Origin: a virus
Taxonomy: Duplodnaviria > Caudoviricetes
Length of the DNA: 64,000 nt
Virus record (IMG/VR): IMGVR_UViG_3300042567_001420
Direction: 5' to 3' (one strand)
The notes below the pieces were generated by a model. The model was given only the letters and a program-made list of their open reading frames with translations. It had not been told where the DNA came from and searched no databases. A program made the translations under genes and the position numbers. Position 1 is the stretch's first letter, and each line of letters starts with the position of its first letter. Shown here piece after piece: positions 9,780 through 18,725 of the stretch.

Positions 9780-11501
9780 TTAAGCGCCGAGCTCTTCAAA
9801 AGAAATACTCGATCTAGTGGCAACAAATGTCAATGTTATAAAGTTAATAGAACGAGCAGGCTTAACAAAAATGTCAGCTCTAAATTCATTTCTATCAATC
9901 ACGTCGCCAGTATTGTTTGTTTCGTCACAAACAACTTTGAAGTCTGTAATACCGCGACGACCCTGAACATCTCTTAAGAATGGTTCAACTAAATTTCTAA
10001 ATTGAGCACGTGTGAATTGATCGTTAAATTCAAACAACTGGAATTTTGCGGCTGTAGCAACTGCTTTTTCCAACACGATAAACAATCTACGAACATTGAT
10101 TCTATCAAATGCGCTTGGTTTAGCTTGCATTGTTTTGTCGCCAAACAATATAGTACCTTGTCCAGGGAATGTTACCACAGGATTGATACCTGCTTTGTAT
10201 AACGTATCTCTGTCAGCTTTACCTGGGCTATATGCTAATTTAACAACATTTCTAATTTGTCCGCGATTGTAACCACTAGGGCTGAACCATGGATCTGCTA
10301 CAAAATCTGTTCTTGCGCATAAACCAGCAACGTCGCCATTTAATGGGACCCAACGATATTTGTCATTGTAACGGTCATACTGATATTTCCATCCGGAATC
10401 TATTTCAGCATAGCTAGAATTTACAGAGATTTGATTATTTCTATAATCTACAACATTAATTGGTTGCTGAGCAGGAGTAACGCCTACCACATCTGATAAC
10501 TCAGGTGATAAGAATACCATACAATCTTTTCTGTCTTCTGCAAGGGCTACTAAACTACTAACAACTGCGGCGTTACTCCATGGACCTGCAGGAATTAAAC
10601 TAACGTCGAACTCTTCGTCATTGGAGAATAAATCAAATCCGGCAATAACATTGCCATTACTTAGGGCAGTCTCTGCAGAAACACCTAGCGATAAGGATGC
10701 TGCTACACCTGTAGATAAAGAAGTAAATGCCTTCCCCGCTATTGCTGCAGTTCCCCACGCGTTTGCGCCAGAGGTCATTCCTGTTGGATGATCTATAGAC
10801 CAAACATATTCCGAAGATAAATTAATTACATCTTTATAGTAATTGGAAGAACCGTTAGTATTTCTAGCATCTGATGCTTTTGACAAAAATGCGAATTTTT
10901 CTAATACGGAGTTGCGTGCACCGCCAGACCATGCTCCGTCTTCGTCAATCACAAGAACGTGAACTTCATCATTGGTTGCGCCAACTGAAGTTGCGTATGT
11001 TGACGTTCCTGGAGAACTATCAAATTGTCCCGTAATATTAGGAGTAACTGCGGTAGTTGCAAATGTGTTTGCGTCTACTAAAACAACTTTTAAAGAGTTA
11101 CCTAGATTTCCTGGGTATTTTGCAGCAAATTCGCCGAGGCCTAAGCCACCTGCCGAATATATACCATTTAAAAAGTCATCTTCATTTTTAATTAAAATTG
11201 CGGTTGCGCTTGCGTTTGCAATTGCGTTTTTCGCGGTTCCTTCGTTAACAACACGAACTAGTTGTAAATTATTACCGTATGATAAAAAGTTAGCTGCAGT
11301 ATAAAATGATGTATAAGTTTCGTCAGTAGGCCCGCCGAAAAACTTAACCAAATTATTCTCAGAATCGACGGTGGTAACTTGCCCAACAGGTCCCCATTGG
11401 AAGGCGCCAGCGAATGCGCCAGCGGAAGTAGCAACAGCCGGCACTATCGAAGATAGATCCTTTTCTTGTACTAGTACGCCAGGTGAAAGCTGAAATGCCA
11501 T
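9780..11501 (-). CDS. gp18: Tail sheath protein gp18
   Basis: MAFQLSPGVLVQEKD, FYTAANFLSYG, WFSPSGYNRG, AFDRINVRRLF, FIKPAR-like KPARSINFI. Confidence 0.98.
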   Translation of the reverse strand: MAFQLSPGVLVQEKDLSSIVPAVATSAGAFAGAFQWGPVGQVTTVDSENNLVKFFGGPTDETYTSFYTAANFLSYGNNLQLVRVVNEGTAKNAIANASATAILIKNEDDFLNGIYSAGGLGLGEFAAKYPGNLGNSLKVVLVDANTFATTAVTPNITGQFDSSPGTSTYATSVGATNDEVHVLVIDEDGAWSGGARNSVLEKFAFLSKASDARNTNGSSNYYKDVINLSSEYVWSIDHPTGMTSGANAWGTAAIAGKAFTSLSTGVAASLSLGVSAETALSNGNVIAGFDLFSNDEEFDVSLIPAGPWSNAAVVSSLVALAEDRKDCMVFLSPELSDVVGVTPAQQPINVVDYRNNQISVNSSYAEIDSGWKYQYDRYNDKYRWVPLNGDVAGLCARTDFVADPWFSPSGYNRGQIRNVVKLAYSPGKADRDTLYKAGINPVVTFPGQGTILFGDKTMQAKPSAFDRINVRRLFIVLEKAVATAAKFQLFEFNDQFTRAQFRNLVEPFLRDVQGRRGITDFKVVCDETNNTGDVIDRNEFRADIFVKPARSINFITLTFVATRSSISFEELGA

Positions 11502-11554
11502 CTTATTCTCCTTAAGATTTTATAGATAGTCCAATATAACTATTGATTACTATT

Positions 11555-11562
11555 TATTTATA
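11555..11562 (-). promoter_or_regulatory. Late promoter TATAAATA (gp18)
   Basis: Exact TATAAATA in the gp17-gp18 gap. Confidence 0.85.
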
Positions 11563-11573
11563 AGTATCTCTTT

Positions 11574-13277
11574 TTAGACATTTTCCAACCAATTTCTTTT
11601 CATTTTTTTCATCTCTGCTTCAGGGTCTTGATTCCACCATAAATCCGAGTCAATAACTTCTGGCTGCGATTTTTCCGGTAGCCCGTCATTTACTATTCCA
11701 AACGGTGTAAGATTTTCCTCAATCTGTTTAAATTGATCTTCGTATAATACTTTTCTAAGATTTGTGTCTGTCAAATCTTTAAAGAATGGTTCGTTTGTTG
11801 CCCATGAGAATAAAACCAAACACATGACCAAATCGTCATGGTATCCTTCATCTGCTTTATGGGTTCCTCGAACTTCAATAAATGTAGATATTTCCTCAAT
11901 AATTTCTGCATCATGTATTAATAGTTTCGTGGCTTCTACCAAACTCTTAAATGACGTGCATCCTAATCGTTTAACTTGTTTCGTAGTTCTAACTCCAAGA
12001 GTCGCCCCATGGGTAAATCCACCGGACAAGTATTGTCCTGTTTTGCTATTACTTCCCACAAAGAATACATTTTCGTATTCTAAATCCATATACAACGAAT
12101 CTGCTACTTGCTGTCCGTTATCGTTAATCTCAACTAAACAGTAAGCTTTATTATAATCTTTTGCTACTTTATATATTACATTGGGAAACATCAACGGACT
12201 GATTCTGTTACTTCTATACTTTGCAACCACTTTGTATGGATATGCGGTAATATCTATAACTGCAAATGCTGAGTAATCTCCCCCAACGCCTCGCGATGTG
12301 TCCGCGACAAGCATATAGATATGATCTTGTCCTTCGTACGTTCCATCGTCTTTTTTGGTTGCTCTAATTGGTTCTTCTAAAACATCCAGTCCGTCTTTTG
12401 TATAAACGAATTGACGAGTAGACATCTGAGAAATTGTGTCGGGATTAATAAGAGTATTGGATGAACCTAAGAATCTGCATAAAACCTCTTGGTTAAACTT
12501 TAGTTCGCCAAGCATAGATTTTTGTTCTGCTGCCCATTTCTCATCTCTACCAGGAATTTTGCTATATGGAATGAACATTGGAACAAATCCATTCAATCCT
12601 TGTTCTGCCTCATTCCAGAATTTCCAGAAGTGGTTATATCCCAATGGTGTAGATGTAAGAAGAATCTTTGTTGTTTGTCCCGCAGAAATTGTTGGGTAAA
12701 CAGATGTGAAAAATTGTTCTGCAACATTATTTGGAATAATTGCTGCTTCGTCAATATACAACCAGTTTACAGATTTACCTCGAATACCAGATGAGCTTGT
12801 AGCTGACGTAAATACTTTAGATCCATTTTCAAGTTCAATATCACCCTTGTTGAATGTCTTGACACCTTGCTGCATCCACATAGGAAGCATCTCATACATT
12901 AGTTCGTATCGGGAAAGAACCTCTCGAGCTGCCGATGATTTATTTGCGAGAATAGCAACGGTTTTGTTTTCTTGAAATAACGTATACCAAAGAATACATG
13001 CTGCAGCTGTGATGGTCTTTCCCTGTTGGCGACCTTCCATCAAAATAACTTTACGGTTATTGAGTATTACGTGCACTTTTTCTTTTTGACAATCATATAA
13101 TTTAAATGGTACAAGTCCGTAATCAAGAGAAACAATCTTACAGTAGTTCTCAATAAAATAGATAGGATCCTGCATACAACGCATAAGTTCTTTAACTTGT
13201 TCTGCGCTGTAAGATTCAACAATTCCTATCGGTTTAAGATTTGGATTGCCGTTATATGATATTTGTTTATTGCTCAA
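11574..13277 (-). CDS. gp17: Terminase large subunit gp17
   Basis: RQQGKT Walker A, LYIDEAA Walker B, STPLG, nuclease VADTSRG...HDDLVM. Confidence 0.99.
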   Translation of the reverse strand: MSNKQISYNGNPNLKPIGIVESYSAEQVKELMRCMQDPIYFIENYCKIVSLDYGLVPFKLYDCQKEKVHVILNNRKVILMEGRQQGKTITAAACILWYTLFQENKTVAILANKSSAAREVLSRYELMYEMLPMWMQQGVKTFNKGDIELENGSKVFTSATSSSGIRGKSVNWLYIDEAAIIPNNVAEQFFTSVYPTISAGQTTKILLTSTPLGYNHFWKFWNEAEQGLNGFVPMFIPYSKIPGRDEKWAAEQKSMLGELKFNQEVLCRFLGSSNTLINPDTISQMSTRQFVYTKDGLDVLEEPIRATKKDDGTYEGQDHIYMLVADTSRGVGGDYSAFAVIDITAYPYKVVAKYRSNRISPLMFPNVIYKVAKDYNKAYCLVEINDNGQQVADSLYMDLEYENVFFVGSNSKTGQYLSGGFTHGATLGVRTTKQVKRLGCTSFKSLVEATKLLIHDAEIIEEISTFIEVRGTHKADEGYHDDLVMCLVLFSWATNEPFFKDLTDTNLRKVLYEDQFKQIEENLTPFGIVNDGLPEKSQPEVIDSDLWWNQDPEAEMKKMKRNWLENV

Positions 13278-13689
13278 TTGTTTTGCCGTCGTCTTTGTTC
13301 TTTAGCATTTTAAATAACTCAGCGGTTGAACCTGCGAATACTACGTTATTATTTGTAACATTCTTTGCAGATACAGAGTCGCCGTCTTTTAAATCTTTAA
13401 CTTTTTTCTGTAATTCAATTAAATCTTTAGCAACATCTGATACGGTTTTTATTAATTGGCCAGCAACCTCATATGTTCTGGGATGCTCAGAATTTTTAGC
13501 AAGTTCAATCATGTCATCCAAAGTATTTTCACTTTTATATATTAGATTGCGTAATGTACTTCTTGCCAATTGGTAATCATCTTCTTGATCTAAGTTTTTG
13601 CTTGTTTCTGGCGCAATTACAGGCAAATTTTCCGCAGGGGCCTGAGATTCAATGTCAAAAATCTTATCAAGTTCTGGTATATGTTTCAT
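13267..13689 (-). CDS. gp16: Terminase small subunit gp16
   Basis: DDYQLARSTL...SEHPRTYEVAGQLIK...FAGSTAEL. Confidence 0.95.
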   Translation of the reverse strand: MKHIPELDKIFDIESQAPAENLPVIAPETSKNLDQEDDYQLARSTLRNLIYKSENTLDDMIELAKNSEHPRTYEVAGQLIKTVSDVAKDLIELQKKVKDLKDGDSVSAKNVTNNNVVFAGSTAELFKMLKNKDDGKTIEQ

Positions 13690-14441
13690 TAAAAATCTTC
13701 AAAGGTTTCAATAAAGCCAATGTCATCTCCAGGTTTAGCTGTCAATGGATTTGGTTGTATAGTAATAGATGATTGCTTTTCAGTTAAATTTTCATTACTA
13801 TAAGTGTTAGCAATAACTTTCTTAATAACACCCTGTCTACTAATTGGGCCATAATAATTTAATTTCATTGTAAAATTTAATGTCCAAATGATAGACCGTC
13901 TATCTGAAAAATCGCCCTCATAGGTATCGTCGAAAGATATACTATTTAGTAGAATTGGTAAATCATTTTTAATACCCATCTGCGGTATTGTTTTCATCGT
14001 TAAATTATAATCAGGATTAAAGTATGGTATAATTTGTTCTATTATCTGTAAACCATCATCTTGATTCTTAGCATATACGTATAATGCAACTTGTATATTA
14101 TACGGAGTAGGTGCATACTGAGTATCTAAAGTATTAATTGTAGAATTAATTGCTCTATTTTGTTGAAGCGGACTTATTTTTCGATTAACATCATATTCCA
14201 ACGACAACATCTCAAAAGACATTCTTGGCAATACTACTTGAACTGGCCGCTCATCCACATTGGGTTGCTGTTGTATTCTAGTTAAGAACTTTGTTTTAGG
14301 CGCATATGATAACGGTATTCTTAATGTTTCCTCACTATTTCCATCCGCATCTTTACGATCAATGGTAATTGAATTAAACATATTACCAAAAGCAACAATT
14401 GCTTTTCTAGTTGTTCCCCAGTAAAATCTTTGATCTAACAT
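13689..14441 (-). CDS. gp15: Tail sheath stabilizer / completion protein gp15
   Basis: RKAIVAFGNMFN, IPLSYAPKTKFL, LPRMSFE, EQIIPYFNP. Confidence 0.95.
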   Translation of the reverse strand: MLDQRFYWGTTRKAIVAFGNMFNSITIDRKDADGNSEETLRIPLSYAPKTKFLTRIQQQPNVDERPVQVVLPRMSFEMLSLEYDVNRKISPLQQNRAINSTINTLDTQYAPTPYNIQVALYVYAKNQDDGLQIIEQIIPYFNPDYNLTMKTIPQMGIKNDLPILLNSISFDDTYEGDFSDRRSIIWTLNFTMKLNYYGPISRQGVIKKVIANTYSNENLTEKQSSITIQPNPLTAKPGDDIGFIETFEDF

Positions 14442-15190
14442 TATTTAAATACCTCACCAAATGGATTTCTTTCTGTGAAATCTAATATGTCAGTAATGCC
14501 GGTATCAAAGTCGTCGTTTCTAGCGCCAGCATCAACTGTTGTTATTTTGTAACTTTCTAGAATCATCGGTGTTTCTGTGTTAAATTCTAATAATAATGAC
14601 CCGTCTGATTCTATCAATAATTCAAAGTTGTTGAGATTTTGATCTATCGAATCTGCATAAGTATCAATCTCATCAATACCCGTATTAAAGTTCTCGCTAG
14701 AGAATTGCATTAGCTCACATTGCATTCTAAATATGTAGAGTTTGCCAAGCTGATAGAATGGGGTATCACCTTCTACTTTGCGTATTTCAAAATAGGATTT
14801 TGTTAGTGGAAAATATAATACGTCACCTTCAGCGGGTCTGTTAGCCAAAACTGTTTGACCTTTACTGCCAACTTCTTTATCCCATCTACGTCTGGATACT
14901 ACAAAGGATGCGCTGTCGCGAAGTTCGACTCCAAATCTTGTTAGCAGGTCTCCCTCACCTTCAAACCCATTTGTGTTTTCCAAATACATCTCAATTGGAT
15001 ACGCATTCTCATAATAGTTTAACGGATCCTCAACCAAAATACGATCCTCATTAAAAGATGTTCTTGGGATATAATAGACTTCGAAACCATAGATTTGTAG
15101 GCATTCGATTATTAGATCTTCGTAGAGATTCTGCTCCGAGGCTCTGCCCATCGGAATGCCAGATTGAAAATAATGGTTAACTGTTGCCAT
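14441..15190 (-). CDS. gp14: Neck protein gp14
   Basis: EQNLYEDLIIECLQIYGFEVYYIPR, RPAEGDVLYFP, FYQLGK, FTERNPFG. Confidence 0.96.
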   Translation of the reverse strand: MATVNHYFQSGIPMGRASEQNLYEDLIIECLQIYGFEVYYIPRTSFNEDRILVEDPLNYYENAYPIEMYLENTNGFEGEGDLLTRFGVELRDSASFVVSRRRWDKEVGSKGQTVLANRPAEGDVLYFPLTKSYFEIRKVEGDTPFYQLGKLYIFRMQCELMQFSSENFNTGIDEIDTYADSIDQNLNNFELLIESDGSLLLEFNTETPMILESYKITTVDAGARNDDFDTGITDILDFTERNPFGEVFK

Positions 15191-15254
15191 AATTCTATAG
15201 ACTTCTATTGACTTCGGTGTTAGTATATGCTATGAGGTTAGGTGATATTAAGTA

Positions 15255-15998
15255 TCAGCCTGTAAAGAAATCTACTGGTAGTTCAAATCTAGATTGTATT
15301 TCAGCTTCAATTTTTAGCAATTCATCCTCTGCTTCATCATATATTTTACCACCATTTAAAACAACTCCTCCAGGAAGTTGCACTCCGTCAAATTTTTTCA
15401 TATTTGTTCCCCATTGCCGCTTAATTAAAGCTGTCGCATATCTTTTCAAGAACATATCGTTGTAAACATCCGTGTATGTGTCCGGATCTAATATTCTCCA
15501 GGCTTCAACAACGATATTACTTCCTACATCAACATCCGCTGCCCAGTCCATATCTATGTATAGACGATTCATATGGCGATTGAATCTAACAGGCTTTACG
15601 CCTACTAATGTTTGATTAATCAATTCTAATTGTTGTCTAACTTGCGTGTAATAAATTAAATCAGTAGACATTAAAGAATACAGATCATTAATTAAAATTT
15701 GATACCTAATGTCGAAAATATTTATCCCCGTAGATTTATTACTAAAAGGCAAAACTCGTTCGACTCCAACAACCGCATCGGGAATAGGTATGTACAAATT
15801 AGTTAGGTCTTGTTCGGTTATCAAATGCTTTAGGTAAACTTTTTCTACAGCATCATAATGATACTCTCTGTAGAATTGAAATGCATCATCAATACGATCT
15901 TCAAGCTGATCTTCATCTACATTGATTTCAATAACAGGAGCACCTAGTCGGCGTAGGCAATATTCCTTCAATTGTTCTCTAGATGTTATTGACGCCAT
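15255..15998 (-). CDS. gp13: Neck protein gp13
   Basis: SREQLKEYCLRRLGAPVIEINVDEDQLEDRID, KRYATALIKRQWG, LPGGVVLNG. Confidence 0.97.
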   Translation of the reverse strand: MASITSREQLKEYCLRRLGAPVIEINVDEDQLEDRIDDAFQFYREYHYDAVEKVYLKHLITEQDLTNLYIPIPDAVVGVERVLPFSNKSTGINIFDIRYQILINDLYSLMSTDLIYYTQVRQQLELINQTLVGVKPVRFNRHMNRLYIDMDWAADVDVGSNIVVEAWRILDPDTYTDVYNDMFLKRYATALIKRQWGTNMKKFDGVQLPGGVVLNGGKIYDEAEDELLKIEAEIQSRFELPVDFFTG

Positions 15999-16023
15999 GT
16001 GATATCCTTTATATTTATTTTTA

Positions 16024-17616
16024 TTATGTATTTATTGTAATATTATTCATTACAACACCAGGAGTAACATTAAAATTTGTTGCAGCGTTAAACGGTTGAA
16101 ACGCATAAGAATTTCGGCTACCGTGTAGGGTGTACAGTACACTATAATCGTCAGTTAATCCAGTATCAAACAAAACATTGGATGCGCTATCATTAACTAT
16201 CCTATCTTTGATTTGTGCTGGAGTATACGATGGGTATGCCTGTAACAATTGCGCACACATACCTGCAACTTGAGGTGAGGCCATTGAAGTTCCAGATAAA
16301 GTTCCTATCAAAAAAGAATTGTTATTAGGATACTGCGTATTACAACTAAATGCATTTGTAGTTGACATTGTACTTATAATAAATGTGCCAGGAGCATAAA
16401 TATCGACTCTTGGGCCAGACTCACTGGATGCTGCCTTTTGTTCGGCAAATCCTATGGAAGGATCTCCTATCCATATATTTCCCACAGTAATTACACCTGA
16501 AGCTGCGGTTGGGCTACCGCCTTGCATATAATAAACCTGCCCATATACGCTGCTATTATAGTAATTATTAAAATTTATTCCAGTAGGAGTATCTATTGTT
16601 TGATAATTATTTCCAGCAGCGCCACATATAACAATGCCAGCTGCTATCATTTCGCTAATGTCTATATCTACAGAACTTATTCTAACACCGTGAGTATTGG
16701 TGTCGCTTCCAATCATACCGTACGCAGCTTGTTTGGTTGTTCCAGTCCACGCATTGCCTTGATAATTTCCGCCAGTTATATTTTGAAATGTAGCGGTATA
16801 CCCCCAACTCATATTGACAACGGTAGGGCGTTTAAATCCTGTTGTAGGATCTATTGGTTTGTTATTGTGCCAACCTTTAATTACGTCAAACACATCACTA
16901 ATAGGCATGCCCTGTGAATTTGCACCGTTTAATCCGTCAACTGTAATAGAATAAATGTTGGAGTTTTTTGCTCTGCCATAAGTTTTTCCAGCAGCAATTC
17001 CTGCAACATGAGTTCCGTGTCCGTCGGTATCAATATAGAAAAGATTGTCAGCTGGTTGTGTGCCAGGTAATCCACTAGCAGAATACCAATTTATTTTTTG
17101 AACTCTGGTTTCTCCTTTGGAATTTTCAAATTCTGGATGATCGCATTGTAATCCTCCATCTTGAATTACTATATCGACGCCTGTTCCATCTAACGGATAG
17201 TTATACAATAAATTTCCAGATGCTCCTATGGTATTATTTGTATTGCTGTTTAGTCTGAATAATCCCCAATTCACACCCAATGCATTGTTGGGATTTCTGC
17301 CTGTATTTGGAAATTTATAATAAATCCCAGATTGGCTTGCAAAAGATTTAATTTTAATATCTGTTCGCTGATCTGCGGGAATTTCAACACATTGTACTCT
17401 GGAATCTTGTCTTAATGCAATCGCCTCTAAGTCAGTTAATGCGTAATGGCAACACCGTGTACTTAAAGGTCTCTCATTAATAATTTCTACTGGGCGACTT
17501 GGAACATATTCAGTTTCGAGAATTTCATTTTCATTTTCAATTTCATACCAAAAAGTATTATAATCTACGTTCTCTTTCAACCCCACAATATATTCTTTAA
17601 ATTCTGTCTGCATCAT
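16024..17616 (-). CDS. Subtilisin-like (S8) serine protease with N-terminal propeptide-like region
   Basis: Catalytic triad motifs VDIVIQDGG, DGHGTHVAGIAAG, GTSMASPQVAG; oxyanion AAGN; ATG at 17616 overlaps the upstream stop (ATGA). Confidence 0.93.
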   Translation of the reverse strand: MMQTEFKEYIVGLKENVDYNTFWYEIENENEILETEYVPSRPVEIINERPLSTRCCHYALTDLEAIALRQDSRVQCVEIPADQRTDIKIKSFASQSGIYYKFPNTGRNPNNALGVNWGLFRLNSNTNNTIGASGNLLYNYPLDGTGVDIVIQDGGLQCDHPEFENSKGETRVQKINWYSASGLPGTQPADNLFYIDTDGHGTHVAGIAAGKTYGRAKNSNIYSITVDGLNGANSQGMPISDVFDVIKGWHNNKPIDPTTGFKRPTVVNMSWGYTATFQNITGGNYQGNAWTGTTKQAAYGMIGSDTNTHGVRISSVDIDISEMIAAGIVICGAAGNNYQTIDTPTGINFNNYYNSSVYGQVYYMQGGSPTAASGVITVGNIWIGDPSIGFAEQKAASSESGPRVDIYAPGTFIISTMSTTNAFSCNTQYPNNNSFLIGTLSGTSMASPQVAGMCAQLLQAYPSYTPAQIKDRIVNDSASNVLFDTGLTDDYSVLYTLHGSRNSYAFQPFNAATNFNVTPGVVMNNITINT

Positions 17617-18722
17617 GTATACCACTGTGTGTAACTTGCAGAAATTAAACGCAGAGTATTGCTGTTACTTGTTAGTACATATGCGGTATTGGCAGATGCC
17701 CCATCGATTTGTGCATTTAATTGTGGGTATACTGATATATCATTGCCAGTTGCATTTTTAATAAAAATTACAATGCCAGGATTCACATTTGGCAAAATAA
17801 CACCAGATCCATTTATACCGGTATTTACAATGTTAATTGTATTACCTAATAGTGTAGCAGAATTTTGCGTAGTCCCAGCTGCAGAAATATTAGTTTGTAT
17901 TGAATTTATTAAATAATTTCTTGTGAGTAAATTTGAACTTGTTATATCACCAATTGCTGTTAAAGTTCCACTGCCTAATATCCTAACAGCAATGGTAGGT
18001 ATTAAATCTAAATTGGTTACTGAAGATATAGCGGGAGTGCCTGCCCCCGATCCTACAAAATTTGAAGCAGTTATATTTCCCGACGCAACGATATTATTGC
18101 CGGTTAACGTTCCTGCTATTGTTAATGCGGTTAAAGTGCCAACACTAATAATATTTGTTTGTATGGGATTTGTTACAATATTTGATGCAGGTACTGTCCC
18201 TACAACATTTGATCCAATTATACCAGTTAAGAATGATCCGTTACCTGTAAAATAATCAGCTTTAATATTTGTTGTATTATTTGGCAATAAACTTATGACA
18301 TTTGCATATACTCTTGCATTCGTAAAATATAAGTTAGTACCTTCAGATATATCCGAAGTATTTTTACCATTTATTAAAATTGATCCGGTTGCTATTCCAG
18401 AAACTCCGGGATATACAGTTATAATTCCTTCAACGATTCGTATAACGGTGTTTCCTTGCAAGGCTTCAACATCGTAAACATATCTTCCATGCGGTAAATT
18501 TGAAGTCTGAGTTGCCGACAACGATAATGATATGTTTCCATATGCCGCATTTATAACAGTTGCTGCAATTGAGGCGGAGTTTGCGCTTTTATAAGATTTG
18601 CGTAATTGGCTTCTAACAGTATATCCTGTTAAATCTACAGGAATTTTACTATTTGTAACGTATTGTAGATTGGCAGTAAATGTACTACCTTGGTCTATTA
18701 CTAAATTTTTAGTTATTGCCAT
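17613..18722 (-). CDS. Fibre/adaptor virion protein (Ig-like N-terminal domain plus fibre-like beta repeats)
   Basis: LVIDQGSTF...DLTGY...SQLRKSY...GRYVYDVE...RIVEGIITV N-domain; TSDISEGTNLYFTNARV motif typical of T4-like fibres. Confidence 0.65.
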   Translation of the reverse strand: MAITKNLVIDQGSTFTANLQYVTNSKIPVDLTGYTVRSQLRKSYKSANSASIAATVINAAYGNISLSLSATQTSNLPHGRYVYDVEALQGNTVIRIVEGIITVYPGVSGIATGSILINGKNTSDISEGTNLYFTNARVYANVISLLPNNTTNIKADYFTGNGSFLTGIIGSNVVGTVPASNIVTNPIQTNIISVGTLTALTIAGTLTGNNIVASGNITASNFVGSGAGTPAISSVTNLDLIPTIAVRILGSGTLTAIGDITSSNLLTRNYLINSIQTNISAAGTTQNSATLLGNTINIVNTGINGSGVILPNVNPGIVIFIKNATGNDISVYPQLNAQIDGASANTAYVLTSNSNTLRLISASYTQWYT

Positions 18723-18725
18723 TTA

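Noticed and set aside
15208-15465. 85-aa + strand ORF antisense to gp13
   Set aside because: TTG start coincides with a promoter-like hexamer and the peptide has no recognisable features; only the possible antisense promoter is kept
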